A program made the translations under genes and the position numbers. This document shows positions 1 through 8,000 of a stretch of DNA of 14,672 nt, piece after piece (the first letter of the stretch is position 1; each line of letters starts with the position of its first letter). The stretch spans positions 1 through 14,672 of the forward strand of contig JBKJLC010000073.1 in assembly GCA_046597055.1 (NCBI GenBank), read 5' to 3'. The DNA is from Kofleriaceae bacterium. GTDB taxonomy: Bacteria; Myxococcota_A; Polyangia; Haliangiales; Haliangiaceae. The notes beneath the pieces were generated by a model that made no database searches, was not told the origin of the DNA, and worked only from the letters and a program-made list of their open reading frames with translations.

Positions 1-279
1 CTCGACCAGACGATGCGCGAACTCGAAGTCACCGTCGATCCGTCAGCGATCCCGAACCACATTGACGTCGATGTCTCCGCGCTCAACATCGGCGACTCGA
101 TCCACGTCCGCGACCTGCCGGTGCCGGATGGCGTGACCGTGATCAGTGATGGCGACGCGTCGGTGGTCGTGGTGGCGGCGCCGAAGGTCAACGCGACCGA
201 CGCCGCAGCCGATGCGGCCGCCGCGGCGGCCGAGCCGGAAGTCCTGCGCGCCAAGAAGCTCGCTGACGACGCGAAGTAA
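1..279 (+). CDS. rplY: 50S ribosomal protein L25/general stress protein Ctc, C-terminal part (5' truncated by window edge)
   Basis: Frame is open from base 1 (LDQTMRELEV...). It has the L25/TL5 C-terminal domain signature 'IPNHIDVDVSALNIGDSIHVRDL..P.GV' and an Ala/acidic tail 'AAAAAEPEVLRAKK'. It lies directly upstream of pth, the conserved rplY-pth-ychF order. Confidence 0.95.
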   Translation, partial: LDQTMRELEVTVDPSAIPNHIDVDVSALNIGDSIHVRDLPVPDGVTVISDGDASVVVVAAPKVNATDAAADAAAAAAEPEVLRAKKLADDAK

Positions 280-293
280 CCTCCACGGTTGTC

Positions 294-340
294 ACGCGGG
301 GCGCTGTGCGATCACTCGCAGAGCGCCCCGCGTCTCTTTC
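294..340 (+). terminator. GC-rich stem-loop between rplY and pth (intrinsic terminator/attenuator-like)
   Basis: ACGCGGGGCGCT-G-TGCGA (294-311) pairs with TCGCA-G-AGCGCCCCGCGT (316-333), with one G/G mismatch and loop TCAC. A weak pyrimidine tail CTCTTTC follows (334-340). Confidence 0.6.
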
Positions 341-345
341 CTGAC

Positions 346-924
346 ATGAAAGTCTTTCTCGGGCTCGGCAATCCCGGCACGGAATACGAGCGCACCCGGC
401 ACAACGTCGGCTGGTGGGTGCTCGACCACCTGGCGCGCCGCTGGCAGGCCGACGGCTGGAAGAAGGACGGCAAGGCCATGGTCGCCACGGCGCGTGTCGG
501 CGAACAGGTCGTGAAGCTGGTCAAGCCGCAGACGTACATGAACCTCAGCGGTGAGGTGCTGCGGCCGTTCCTCAACCGTCCCGGCTGGGATCCCGCGCAG
601 GACCTGCTGGTGATCGTCGACGAGGTTGCACTGCCGTTCGCCACCCTGCGCGCCCGACCCGGCGGCAGCGCCGGCGGGCACAACGGGCTCAAGTCCGTGC
701 AGGCCCACGTTGGCAACACGGGCTATCCGCGCCTGCGCATCGGCATCGCACCGCTGCACCCGCGAGCCGCCGTCGGCGATCTCTCCGGCTATGTCCTCGG
801 CCCGTTCGGCCGCGAGGAGACGGAGTTCATGGAGGCGGCCATGCCGCGCGTTGGCGACGCCTGTGAATCGTGGGTCCGCGACGGTCTCACGCTGATGATG
901 AATAAGTTCAACCCGACCGCGTGA
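346..924 (+). CDS. pth: Peptidyl-tRNA hydrolase
   Basis: Motifs 'GLGNPG.EY..TRHNVG', 'KPQTYMNLSG', 'GSAGGHNGLKS', 'RLRIGI', 'YVL..F'. The family N-terminus 'MKVFLGLGNPG' places the start at ATG 346 rather than 289. 192 aa. Confidence 0.97.
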   Translation: MKVFLGLGNPGTEYERTRHNVGWWVLDHLARRWQADGWKKDGKAMVATARVGEQVVKLVKPQTYMNLSGEVLRPFLNRPGWDPAQDLLVIVDEVALPFATLRARPGGSAGGHNGLKSVQAHVGNTGYPRLRIGIAPLHPRAAVGDLSGYVLGPFGREETEFMEAAMPRVGDACESWVRDGLTLMMNKFNPTA

Positions 925-964
925 CCTGCGCGCTGCCTGTCCCTTCCCTTCTCCGATCCATCCT

Positions 965-2056
965 GTGCTGAAGCTCGGCATCGTCGGCCTCCCCAACGTC
1001 GGCAAGTCCACGCTCTTCAATGCCCTCACCGCCGCCAAGGCGGAGGCTGCGAACTATCCATTCTGCACCGTCGAGCCCAACGTCGGCATGGTGGAAGTGC
1101 CCGACGCGCGCCTCGATGCACTGGCGGAGGTGGTGCAGCCGAAGCGGACCGTCCCGGCGGTGGTGCAGTTCGTCGACATCGCCGGCCTGGTCAAGGGCGC
1201 GTCGCAGGGCGAGGGCCTCGGCAACAAGTTCCTCGCCAACATCCGCGAGACCAGCGCGATCCTGATGATGGTCCGCTGCTTCGAGGACCCCAACGTCATC
1301 CATGTCGCCGGCTCGGTCGACCCGATGCGCGACATCGAGATCATCGAGCTCGAGCTCATCCTCGCCGACGCCGACGCGGTCGAGAAGCGGATCAAGAAGG
1401 CCCAGGGCGGCGCCAAGACCGGCAACAAGGAGGTCAAGGCCGAGCTGGCCTTGGCCGAGAAGGTCGCCGCGCATTTCAACCTGGCCAAGCCCGGGCGCAG
1501 CCTCGAGCTGACCGAGGACGAGGCCCCGGTGGTCGCGACCTGGGGTTTGATGACGACCAAGCCGGTCCTCTACTGCTGCAACGTCGGCGAGGAAGACCTG
1601 CCCAAGGGCAACCCCTGGAGCGACCTGGTCAAGGCGCGCGCGGTGGCCGAGGGCGCCGGCGTGGTCATCCTGTGCGGCAAGATCGAGGCGGAGCTGGCCG
1701 GCATGACCGAGGAGGAGAAGATCGAGCTGCTCGGCTCGTACGGCCTCGAGGAGCCGGCCCTGAGCTCGCTCGCCCGCGAGTGCTACCGCCTGCTCGGGCT
1801 GCAGTCGTACTTCACCGCCGGCGAGAAGGAGATCCGGGCCTGGACCATCCGCAAGGGCGCGCTCGGCCCCGAGGCGGCCGGCGTGATCCACACCGACTTC
1901 GAGAAGGGCTTCATCCGGGCCCAGGTGTTCAACCTCGCCGACCTCGAGCAGCACGGCAGCGAGGCGGCGCTCAAGGCCGCCGGCAAGCTGCGCCAGGAGG
2001 GCAAGACGTACCTGGTCCAGGACGGCGACATCATGCACTTCCTGTTCAACGTCTAG
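965..2056 (+). CDS. ychF: Ribosome-binding ATPase YchF (Obg family)
   Basis: G1 'GLPNVGKST', G2 'NYPFCT.EPN', G3 'DIAGLVKGAS.GEGLGN.FL', YchF-type G4 'NVGE', C-terminal TGS 'AAG.IHTDFEKGFIRA...EGK.Y.VQDGD'. GTG start, 363 aa. Confidence 0.98.
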   Translation: MLKLGIVGLPNVGKSTLFNALTAAKAEAANYPFCTVEPNVGMVEVPDARLDALAEVVQPKRTVPAVVQFVDIAGLVKGASQGEGLGNKFLANIRETSAILMMVRCFEDPNVIHVAGSVDPMRDIEIIELELILADADAVEKRIKKAQGGAKTGNKEVKAELALAEKVAAHFNLAKPGRSLELTEDEAPVVATWGLMTTKPVLYCCNVGEEDLPKGNPWSDLVKARAVAEGAGVVILCGKIEAELAGMTEEEKIELLGSYGLEEPALSSLARECYRLLGLQSYFTAGEKEIRAWTIRKGALGPEAAGVIHTDFEKGFIRAQVFNLADLEQHGSEAALKAAGKLRQEGKTYLVQDGDIMHFLFNV

Positions 2057-2068
2057 CCGCCCGCGGCC

Positions 2069-2881
2069 GTGCGCCACGCCGCGGCGGACGCCGCCGAGCT
2101 GTTCCTGCGCGGGTTTCACCGGCGCCATCCGGGCCTCACGCCGATCGCCCTGGCGCGCGGCACCTCGTACGCCGCCCTCGCCGACCCGGTCACGCCGACC
2201 GAGACCGTCCTCGATCTCGGCTGCGGCGACGGCCACCTGCTGGCGGTGCTGGCCGCCCGGGGCGTGCCGCCGCGCCAGCTGATCGGGCTCGACCTCAGCG
2301 AAGCCGAGCTGGCCGCGGCCGCCGCCCGCGCGACCGGCGCGCTGCTGATCCAGGCCCGGGGCCAGGCCCTGCCGCTGGCCGCGGGCTCGGTCGACCGCGT
2401 GGTCTCGCACCTCGCGTTCATGCTCATGACCGGGGCCGGCCAGGTGATCGACGAGCTCGCGCGGGTGCTGCGCCCAGGCGGCGGCTTCGCCGCGGTGGTC
2501 GGCGGCGGCCCGCGCGGCGACGCACCGGACGCGCCCGATGCCTTCCGCGACTTCGTCGCGCTGGCGGCGCCGGCGATCCGCGCCGCCGAGGTCCCGCCCC
2601 TGGGCGAGCGGCGGGCCCGCACCGCCGACGGGCTGGCCGGCCTGCTGGCCGCGCCGACCTGGCGCGACCTCGCGTTCGCCGAGCTGCCGATCGATCTGTC
2701 CGGTGGACCGGACGAGGTGTGGGCGCTGGTCACCGCCCAGTACCAGCTCGCCGACCAGCCGACCGCGGTGCTGGCCGCGCTGCGCCGGACCTTCGACGCC
2801 GCCGCGCCGCGCTGGCGCCGGGCCGACGGCCGCCTCACGTGCACGATGGCGACGACGCTGGTCACGGTGACGCGGGCGTGA
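2069..2881 (+). CDS. Class I SAM-dependent methyltransferase, substrate unknown
   Basis: Motif I 'VLDLGCGDG', acidic post-I 'GLDLSEAEL', 'LPLAAGSVDRVVS' and 'ELARVLRPGG'. The GTG start at 2069 is approximate. Confidence 0.88.
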   Translation: MRHAAADAAELFLRGFHRRHPGLTPIALARGTSYAALADPVTPTETVLDLGCGDGHLLAVLAARGVPPRQLIGLDLSEAELAAAAARATGALLIQARGQALPLAAGSVDRVVSHLAFMLMTGAGQVIDELARVLRPGGGFAAVVGGGPRGDAPDAPDAFRDFVALAAPAIRAAEVPPLGERRARTADGLAGLLAAPTWRDLAFAELPIDLSGGPDEVWALVTAQYQLADQPTAVLAALRRTFDAAAPRWRRADGRLTCTMATTLVTVTRA

Positions 2882-2886
2882 CGGGG

Positions 2887-2892
2887 TACCCT
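2887..2892 (+). promoter_or_regulatory. Putative -10 element (TACCCT) 6 nt upstream of GTG 2899
   Basis: TANNNT hexamer at the same spacing seen at five other start codons in this window. Confidence 0.45.
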
Positions 2893-2898
2893 GCGCCG

Positions 2899-3030
2899 GT
2901 GAGGGAGCCGCTGGATCTGCCGGCCGACGATGGGCCCGCGCCGGGCACGGTGATCGACGGCGCGTACCGCATCGATGGCGTGCTCGGGCGCGGCGGCATG
3001 GGCGTGGTCCACCGGTCGATCGCGCGATGA
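2899..3030 (+). pseudogene. Truncated N-terminus of a Hanks-type Ser/Thr protein kinase (43 aa; alternative start GTG 2878)
   Basis: Reads '(V)REPLDLPADDGPAPGTVIDGAYRIDGVLGRGGMGVVHR-SIAR*'. This is the typical pre-kinase 'GTVIDGxYRI' plus glycine loop 'LGRGGMGxV', ending right after subdomain I. The stop overlaps the EamA start (ATGA 3027-3030). Confidence 0.75.
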
Positions 3031-3902
3031 CCGCCGAGGCGACCCCCGCCAACCCGGCGCTCGTCGGCGGCGCGGTGCGGGTCGCGGTGGCCGCCGCGTC
3101 CTGGGGCACCTGGAGCCTGTTCCTGCGCCCGGCCGGGCTGCCGGCGGCCACCTCGGGCATGATCGTGTTCCTGGTCATGGCGGTGGTCACGCTGCCGGTG
3201 GTCGCGCGGGCCCCGGCGCCGATCTGGGACCGCCGCGCGGTCGGGCTGCTGCTGACCAACGCGGTGCTCGACGCGGCCAACGTGCTGACGTTCTTCGGAG
3301 CGCTGCAGGTGACGACGGTCGCGGTCGCGGTCCTGACTCACTACCTGGCGCCGGTGCTGATCGCCATGCTCGCGCCGGTGATCGATCGGCAGCGGGTGCC
3401 GGGCGCGGTGCCGGCCGCGCTGGTCGCCTGCGGCGGGCTGACCCTGGTGCTCGCGCCCTGGCGAGGGCCCGGCGACGACGTCCTCCTCGGCGCGGCGCTG
3501 GGCGGCGCCAGCGCGCTCGCGTACACCGGCAACGTGTTCGTGGTGCGCCGCCTGGTGCCGCGGATCGGGCCCGCCCGGACCGTCTCGTACCACGCGTTCC
3601 TGTCGGCGGTGCTGATGGTGCCGTTCGCGCTCGCCGCCGGGGTGATGCCGAGCGCGGCCTCGATGGCCTGGGTCGGGACCGGCGCGGTCGTGCTCGGCGC
3701 GTGGGCCGGCGTGATGTTCGTGCGCGGGCTGGCCGCGATCGGGAGCGCGCGCGCCGCGATGCTGACCTACCTCGAGCCGATCGTGGCGGTCGGGGTCGGG
3801 GCGATCGCCTGGGGCGAGCCGCTCGATGCCAGCGCCGGGGTGGGCGCCGCCCTGGTGATCGCCAGCGGGCTCTGGATCGCGCGCCGATCGCCGGCCGCCT
3901 GA
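3027..3902 (+). CDS. EamA/DMT family drug-metabolite transporter
   Basis: 291-aa hydrophobic protein with about 10 predicted TM segments in two repeats. DMT-type motifs 'AAASWGT', 'VAVAVLTHYLAPVLIAMLA', 'AAMLTYLEPIVAV..GAIAWGEPL'. Confidence 0.9.
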   Translation: MTAEATPANPALVGGAVRVAVAAASWGTWSLFLRPAGLPAATSGMIVFLVMAVVTLPVVARAPAPIWDRRAVGLLLTNAVLDAANVLTFFGALQVTTVAVAVLTHYLAPVLIAMLAPVIDRQRVPGAVPAALVACGGLTLVLAPWRGPGDDVLLGAALGGASALAYTGNVFVVRRLVPRIGPARTVSYHAFLSAVLMVPFALAAGVMPSAASMAWVGTGAVVLGAWAGVMFVRGLAAIGSARAAMLTYLEPIVAVGVGAIAWGEPLDASAGVGAALVIASGLWIARRSPAA

Positions 3903-3904
3903 CC

Positions 3905-3961
3905 GGCGCGCGCGGCCACCGGCTGGCCCGGGCGCGCGCGGCCACCGGCTGGCCCGGGCGC
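3905..3961. repeat. Perfect 26-bp tandem duplication (2 copies plus 5-nt partial third)
   Basis: GGCGCGCGCGGCCACCGGCTGGCCCG at 3905-3930 and again at 3931-3956, then GGCGC (3957-3961). Confidence 0.95.
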
Positions 3962-3983
3962 TCGCCCTCCCGCGGCCGCGGTG

Positions 3984-3989
3984 TAACAT
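3984..3989 (+). promoter_or_regulatory. Putative -10 element (TAACAT) 6 nt upstream of ATG 3996; leaderless promoter candidate
   Basis: TAACAT-cgcgcc-ATG, with no Shine-Dalgarno sequence upstream. Confidence 0.6.
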
Positions 3990-3995
3990 CGCGCC

Positions 3996-5027
3996 ATGGC
4001 CCAGCCATTCGTCACGATCGCGATGCCCGCCTACAACGAGGAGAAGTACATCGAGGCGTGCATCCGGTCGGTCCAGGCTCAGGACTACCCGCACGATCGG
4101 CTCGAGATCCTGGTCGCCGACGGCCGCAGCACCGACCAGACCCGGGCCATCCTGGCCGCGCTCACCCAGGCCGACCCGCGCATCCGCATGGTCGACAACC
4201 CCGAGCGGCTGCAGGCGGCCGGGATCAACCGGCTGGTCCGCGAGGCGCGCGGCGAGATCGTCGTGCGCATGGACGTGCACTGCGAGTACGCGCCGAGCTA
4301 TGTGCGCAAGTGCGTCGAGACGCTCGAGCGCACCGGCGCCGACAACGTCGGCGGTGCCCAGCGCGCCAAGGCCCGCACCGGCTTCCAGCGGGCGCTGTGC
4401 GCCGCGCTGACCTCCAAGCTCGGCGTCGGGGGCGCCGCCTACCGCGACGCCGAGCAGGAGGGCTTCGTCGACACCGTGTTCCTCGGCGCGTTCCGCCGCC
4501 GGGTGTTCGAGCAGATCGGGCTCTACGACCCGCGCGCGATCACCAACGAAGACGCCGAGCTCAACCAGCGGCTGCTCGAGAACGGCGGCAAGATCTACCT
4601 GTCGCGCGAGATCGAGGTCCACTACTACCCGCGCGACTCGTTCAAGACGCTGGCGAAGCAGTATTACAAGTACGGTCGCGGCCGCGCTCGCACCCTGCTC
4701 AAGCTCGGCAAGTTCCCCACCATCCGGCCGGCGCTACCGTTCCTGATGGTGGTCGGGGCCAGCACGTTGCTCGCGGTGCCGCCCTTGTGGCCGCTGGCGC
4801 CGCTCGCGTTCGCGTCGTACGCGCTGGCCACCGGCGCCGAGGCGGTGCGGGTCGCCCGCGACCTCGGCCCGTCGGGGATGGCGACCGCGTGGGCGGTGTT
4901 CCCGGTCCTGCACGTCTCGCACGGCATCGGCTTCGCCGCCGGGCTGGTCCGCTACCTGCGCACGCCCGACTGGGATCCGATCGAGAAGCTGGAGCCCCAG
5001 CACCGCGCCCAGCTGCGCGTGGTCTGA
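3996..5027 (+). CDS. Glycosyltransferase family 2, succinoglycan ExoA-like
   Basis: 'TIAMPAYNEEKYI', 'ILVADGRSTDQT', 'RMDVHCEY' (the DxH variant seen in ExoA-like enzymes), 'NEDAELNQRL', 'LAKQYYKYG.GR', and C-terminal membrane helices. Confidence 0.9.
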   Translation: MAQPFVTIAMPAYNEEKYIEACIRSVQAQDYPHDRLEILVADGRSTDQTRAILAALTQADPRIRMVDNPERLQAAGINRLVREARGEIVVRMDVHCEYAPSYVRKCVETLERTGADNVGGAQRAKARTGFQRALCAALTSKLGVGGAAYRDAEQEGFVDTVFLGAFRRRVFEQIGLYDPRAITNEDAELNQRLLENGGKIYLSREIEVHYYPRDSFKTLAKQYYKYGRGRARTLLKLGKFPTIRPALPFLMVVGASTLLAVPPLWPLAPLAFASYALATGAEAVRVARDLGPSGMATAWAVFPVLHVSHGIGFAAGLVRYLRTPDWDPIEKLEPQHRAQLRVV

Positions 5028-5033
5028 ACCGCG

Positions 5034-8000
5034 TCAGGCCAGGCTGACCTGGGCGCCCTCGATCCGGCACAGGCCCTTGGCGGCGAGCACCGCGACGCCG
5101 TCGGCCATCCGCTTGCCGACCTGGGGGCCCTGCCGCGCGAAGCCGAGCAGCTTCGCGGTCTCGCGGGCGAGGTCGACCGCGGGCAGCCCGAGGTTGCGGT
5201 GCAGGACGACCAGCGCCGCCGCGGCGATCTCGGCCAGCGGCAGCTCGTCGAGCTCGCGGCGGGTCTCCGACGCGGCGGCCGGGACCCGGACCGCCGACCA
5301 CGCGGCGGGATCCTGGTCCATCCGCCACACCACCTCGGGGTCACCCTCGCCGCCGACCCGGGCCCGGCCCTCGGTGAGCGCCTTCACCCGCTCGCACACG
5401 CGCTCGTTGACCCGGCCGATGCCGAAGTACGCGCCGACCCGGCGCGACAGCAGGCTGAGCTGCATCGGCGCCTCGACCGCGAGCACGGCGGAGATGACCT
5501 TGCCCAGGTCCTCCTCGCGGGCCCGGTCGTAGAAGTCGTTGGCGGTCCAGCGCCCGGCCGGCACGCTCGCGACCTTGTACGGCGCGATCGCCGGCGACGC
5601 GCTCAGCGCCTGGGCGGTCGGGGTGGGCCCGGAGCCACGCCGCGGCGGCGGCGATCCGGCGGCCGGGACCGTGCGCGGCACCGGCGCGCTGCCCGCGCGC
5701 GGCGTGAGGGTCCGCGCCCGCGCCGCCTGGGTATCGGCCGTGGCGTCGGCGGTGGTCACCGCCGGTCGCGCCGCCGGCGGACGGGTGGTCGTGCGCGCCG
5801 CGCGCGGGGTCCGCGCCGCCCGCGCCGCGGCGATCGCCTTGACCACCGCGCCGTGCAGCCGCTTGGTCTCGCGCTCGGCGTCGTGCCACCAGTCGAGGGT
5901 CCAGATCCGGTGCAGGCGCCAGCCCAGGCCGTCGAGCACCTGAGCCCGCAGCCGGTCGCGCTCGCGCGCGGTGGTGGCCCGCGCATAGGCGGGGCCGTCG
6001 GTCTCGATCGCGAGCACGTAGTGCTCGGGCGCCTCGGGATCGACCACCGCGAGATCGAGCCGGTACCCGGCACAGCCGACCTGGTGATGGATGGTGAAGC
6101 CGAGCGCCTCGAGCGCGCGGCCGATCGCGGCGGTCACCGGCGTCGCCGCGACCTCGGTGCCCTGGGCACCGGCCTGGCCACCGGCGCGGGCATAGGCCAG
6201 CAGCTCGGCCAGATCCCGCACACCGCGCGCGCCGGTGTCGCCCTTGATCTGCTCGGGCTCGAGCGACGAGAACACCACCAGCTGCTCGCGGGCGCGCGTG
6301 ATCGCGACGTTGAGGCGACGCTCCCCCCCCTCGCGGTTGAGCGGACCGAAGTTCATGCTGACCGCGCCGGCCGCGTCGGGGCCGTAGCCGATCGAGAACA
6401 GGATGACGTCGCGCTCGTCGCCCTGGATGGTCTCGAGGTTCTTGACCAGCACCGGCTCCGGCACGTCGTCGCTGGCCTGGGCCGCGAAGAAGCGGTCGAG
6501 CTCGGGGTGGGCGCGCCGCTGCGCGTCGAGCAGGTCGAGGACCAGGCCCTGCTGGGGCCGCGAGAACGTGACCACGCCGATCGACCGCTGCGCGCGCCCG
6601 GGATCGAGCAGCCGGGCCACCACCTCGGCGACCACCGCCTCGGCCTCGGCCTGGTTGGTCCGGGTGCCGGCGCGATCGTACACGCCGTCGACCTTGCGCC
6701 AGGCGACCCCGAGCTCGCCGGTGCGCGCCTGCGGCGCCGGAAACACGTCGAGGCCGCCGCCGTAGTAGCGGTCGTTGGAGAACGCGATCAGGTCGTGATG
6801 GCGACTGCGGTAGTGCCAGCGCAGCCGCAGCTCGGGCAGCCGCGACGCCACGCACTGGTCGAGCACGCTCTCGAGCTCCTCGACCTCGTCGTCGCCTCCG
6901 TCGACCTCACCGGCGTCGGCGGCGAAGAACCGGGTCGGCGGCAGCTGGCGCGAGTCGCCCACGATCACCGCGGCCTCGCCGCGGGCGAGCGCGCCGATCG
7001 CGTCGGCGGTCGGGATCTGCGAGGCCTCGTCGAACACGACCAGGTCGAACCGGGTCAGGCCCTCGACGGTCGGATCGAGGTACTGCGCGACCGACAGCGG
7101 GCTCATCAGGAGGCACGGCTTGAGTCGGGTGAGCAGGGTCGGGATCTCGCGGAACAGCGCGCGCAACGGCTTGTGGCGACGCTGCTTCTTGAGCTCGTGC
7201 AGCAGGATGCCGATCTCGCCGGTGTCGGCGGGCGCGCCGCTCGCGGTGCGCGACGGCGGCGCGACCCGCGGCACCCGCTCGGCCAGCCGCGCGATCGTGC
7301 GCGCGCGGGCCCGACCCAGGTGCGCGCGGTCGAGCTCGATGAACTCGGCGACCCGGGTGTGATGATTGGCGCCATGGAACCCGGCCAGCGCCGGGGTGCG
7401 CCCGATGCCGGCGCTGGCGACCCCGACCAGGAACGCCTTCTCCCACGCGCGCTCGAGCTCGGCCGCGGCCAGCGAGCCGTCCTCGACCCGCGCGACCAGC
7501 CCGCCCAGCCCGGCCGCCAGCGCGGCCCGCCGCGCCCGCGCGTAGGCCGCCCAGTCGCGCAGCGCCCCCGGCGCCGACGCCCACGCGGCCGCGCGCGCCC
7601 CCAGCGTCGCCAGGTGGCCGGCCCCGTCCGGTACGGTCGCGGGGTCGATGCCGCACACCTCGGTCAGCCCGAGCAGCGCGGCGCGCCAGCGCAGGACCGC
7701 GGCCGACACCTCGGCGAACCCCGCGGCGCCGTCGCCGCTGCCGTCGGACACCGCGCCGACCAGCGCGCGCCAGGCGCCATCGCGCGCGGCCACGTCGATG
7801 CCGACCCGTTCGAAGGCCGTTCGCAGCTCGCCGGCCCAGGCCAGCGCGCCGTCGATCGGCGCCAGATCCGCGTCGGGCTCGGCCGCGTCGGCCAGCGCGC
7901 CCAGCCAGCGGCGCACCGCCGGCCGCGCCGCGTCGAGCAGCCCGTCGGTCTTGCGGATGATCTCGGCCGCGTCGAGGTCGGCGGCGACCGTGTCGTCGTC

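Noticed and set aside
289..345. Earlier TTG start for pth
   Set aside because: It runs through the hairpin, and Pth homologues begin at 'MK..GLGNPG' (346).
1672..2877. 452-aa ORF 1672..3030 as a full gene
   Set aside because: It overlaps ychF and the methyltransferase out of frame and is Arg/Pro-rich noise. Only its last ~50 codons (kinase remnant) are meaningful.
3015..3100. Frameshifted continuation of the kinase fragment
   Set aside because: No VAxK, HRD or DFG motifs are visible in the other plus-strand frames downstream. The region encodes an intact EamA.
908..3280. 790-aa minus-strand ORF, and similar long ORFs 2862..4622 (-), 2975..5047 (+), 8152..11211 (-)
   Set aside because: No recognisable motifs, and they overlap well-supported genes. 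These are GC-driven shadow frames.
3905..3961. CRISPR array
   Set aside because: The repeats are directly adjacent with no spacers, there are only two copies, and there are no cas genes.
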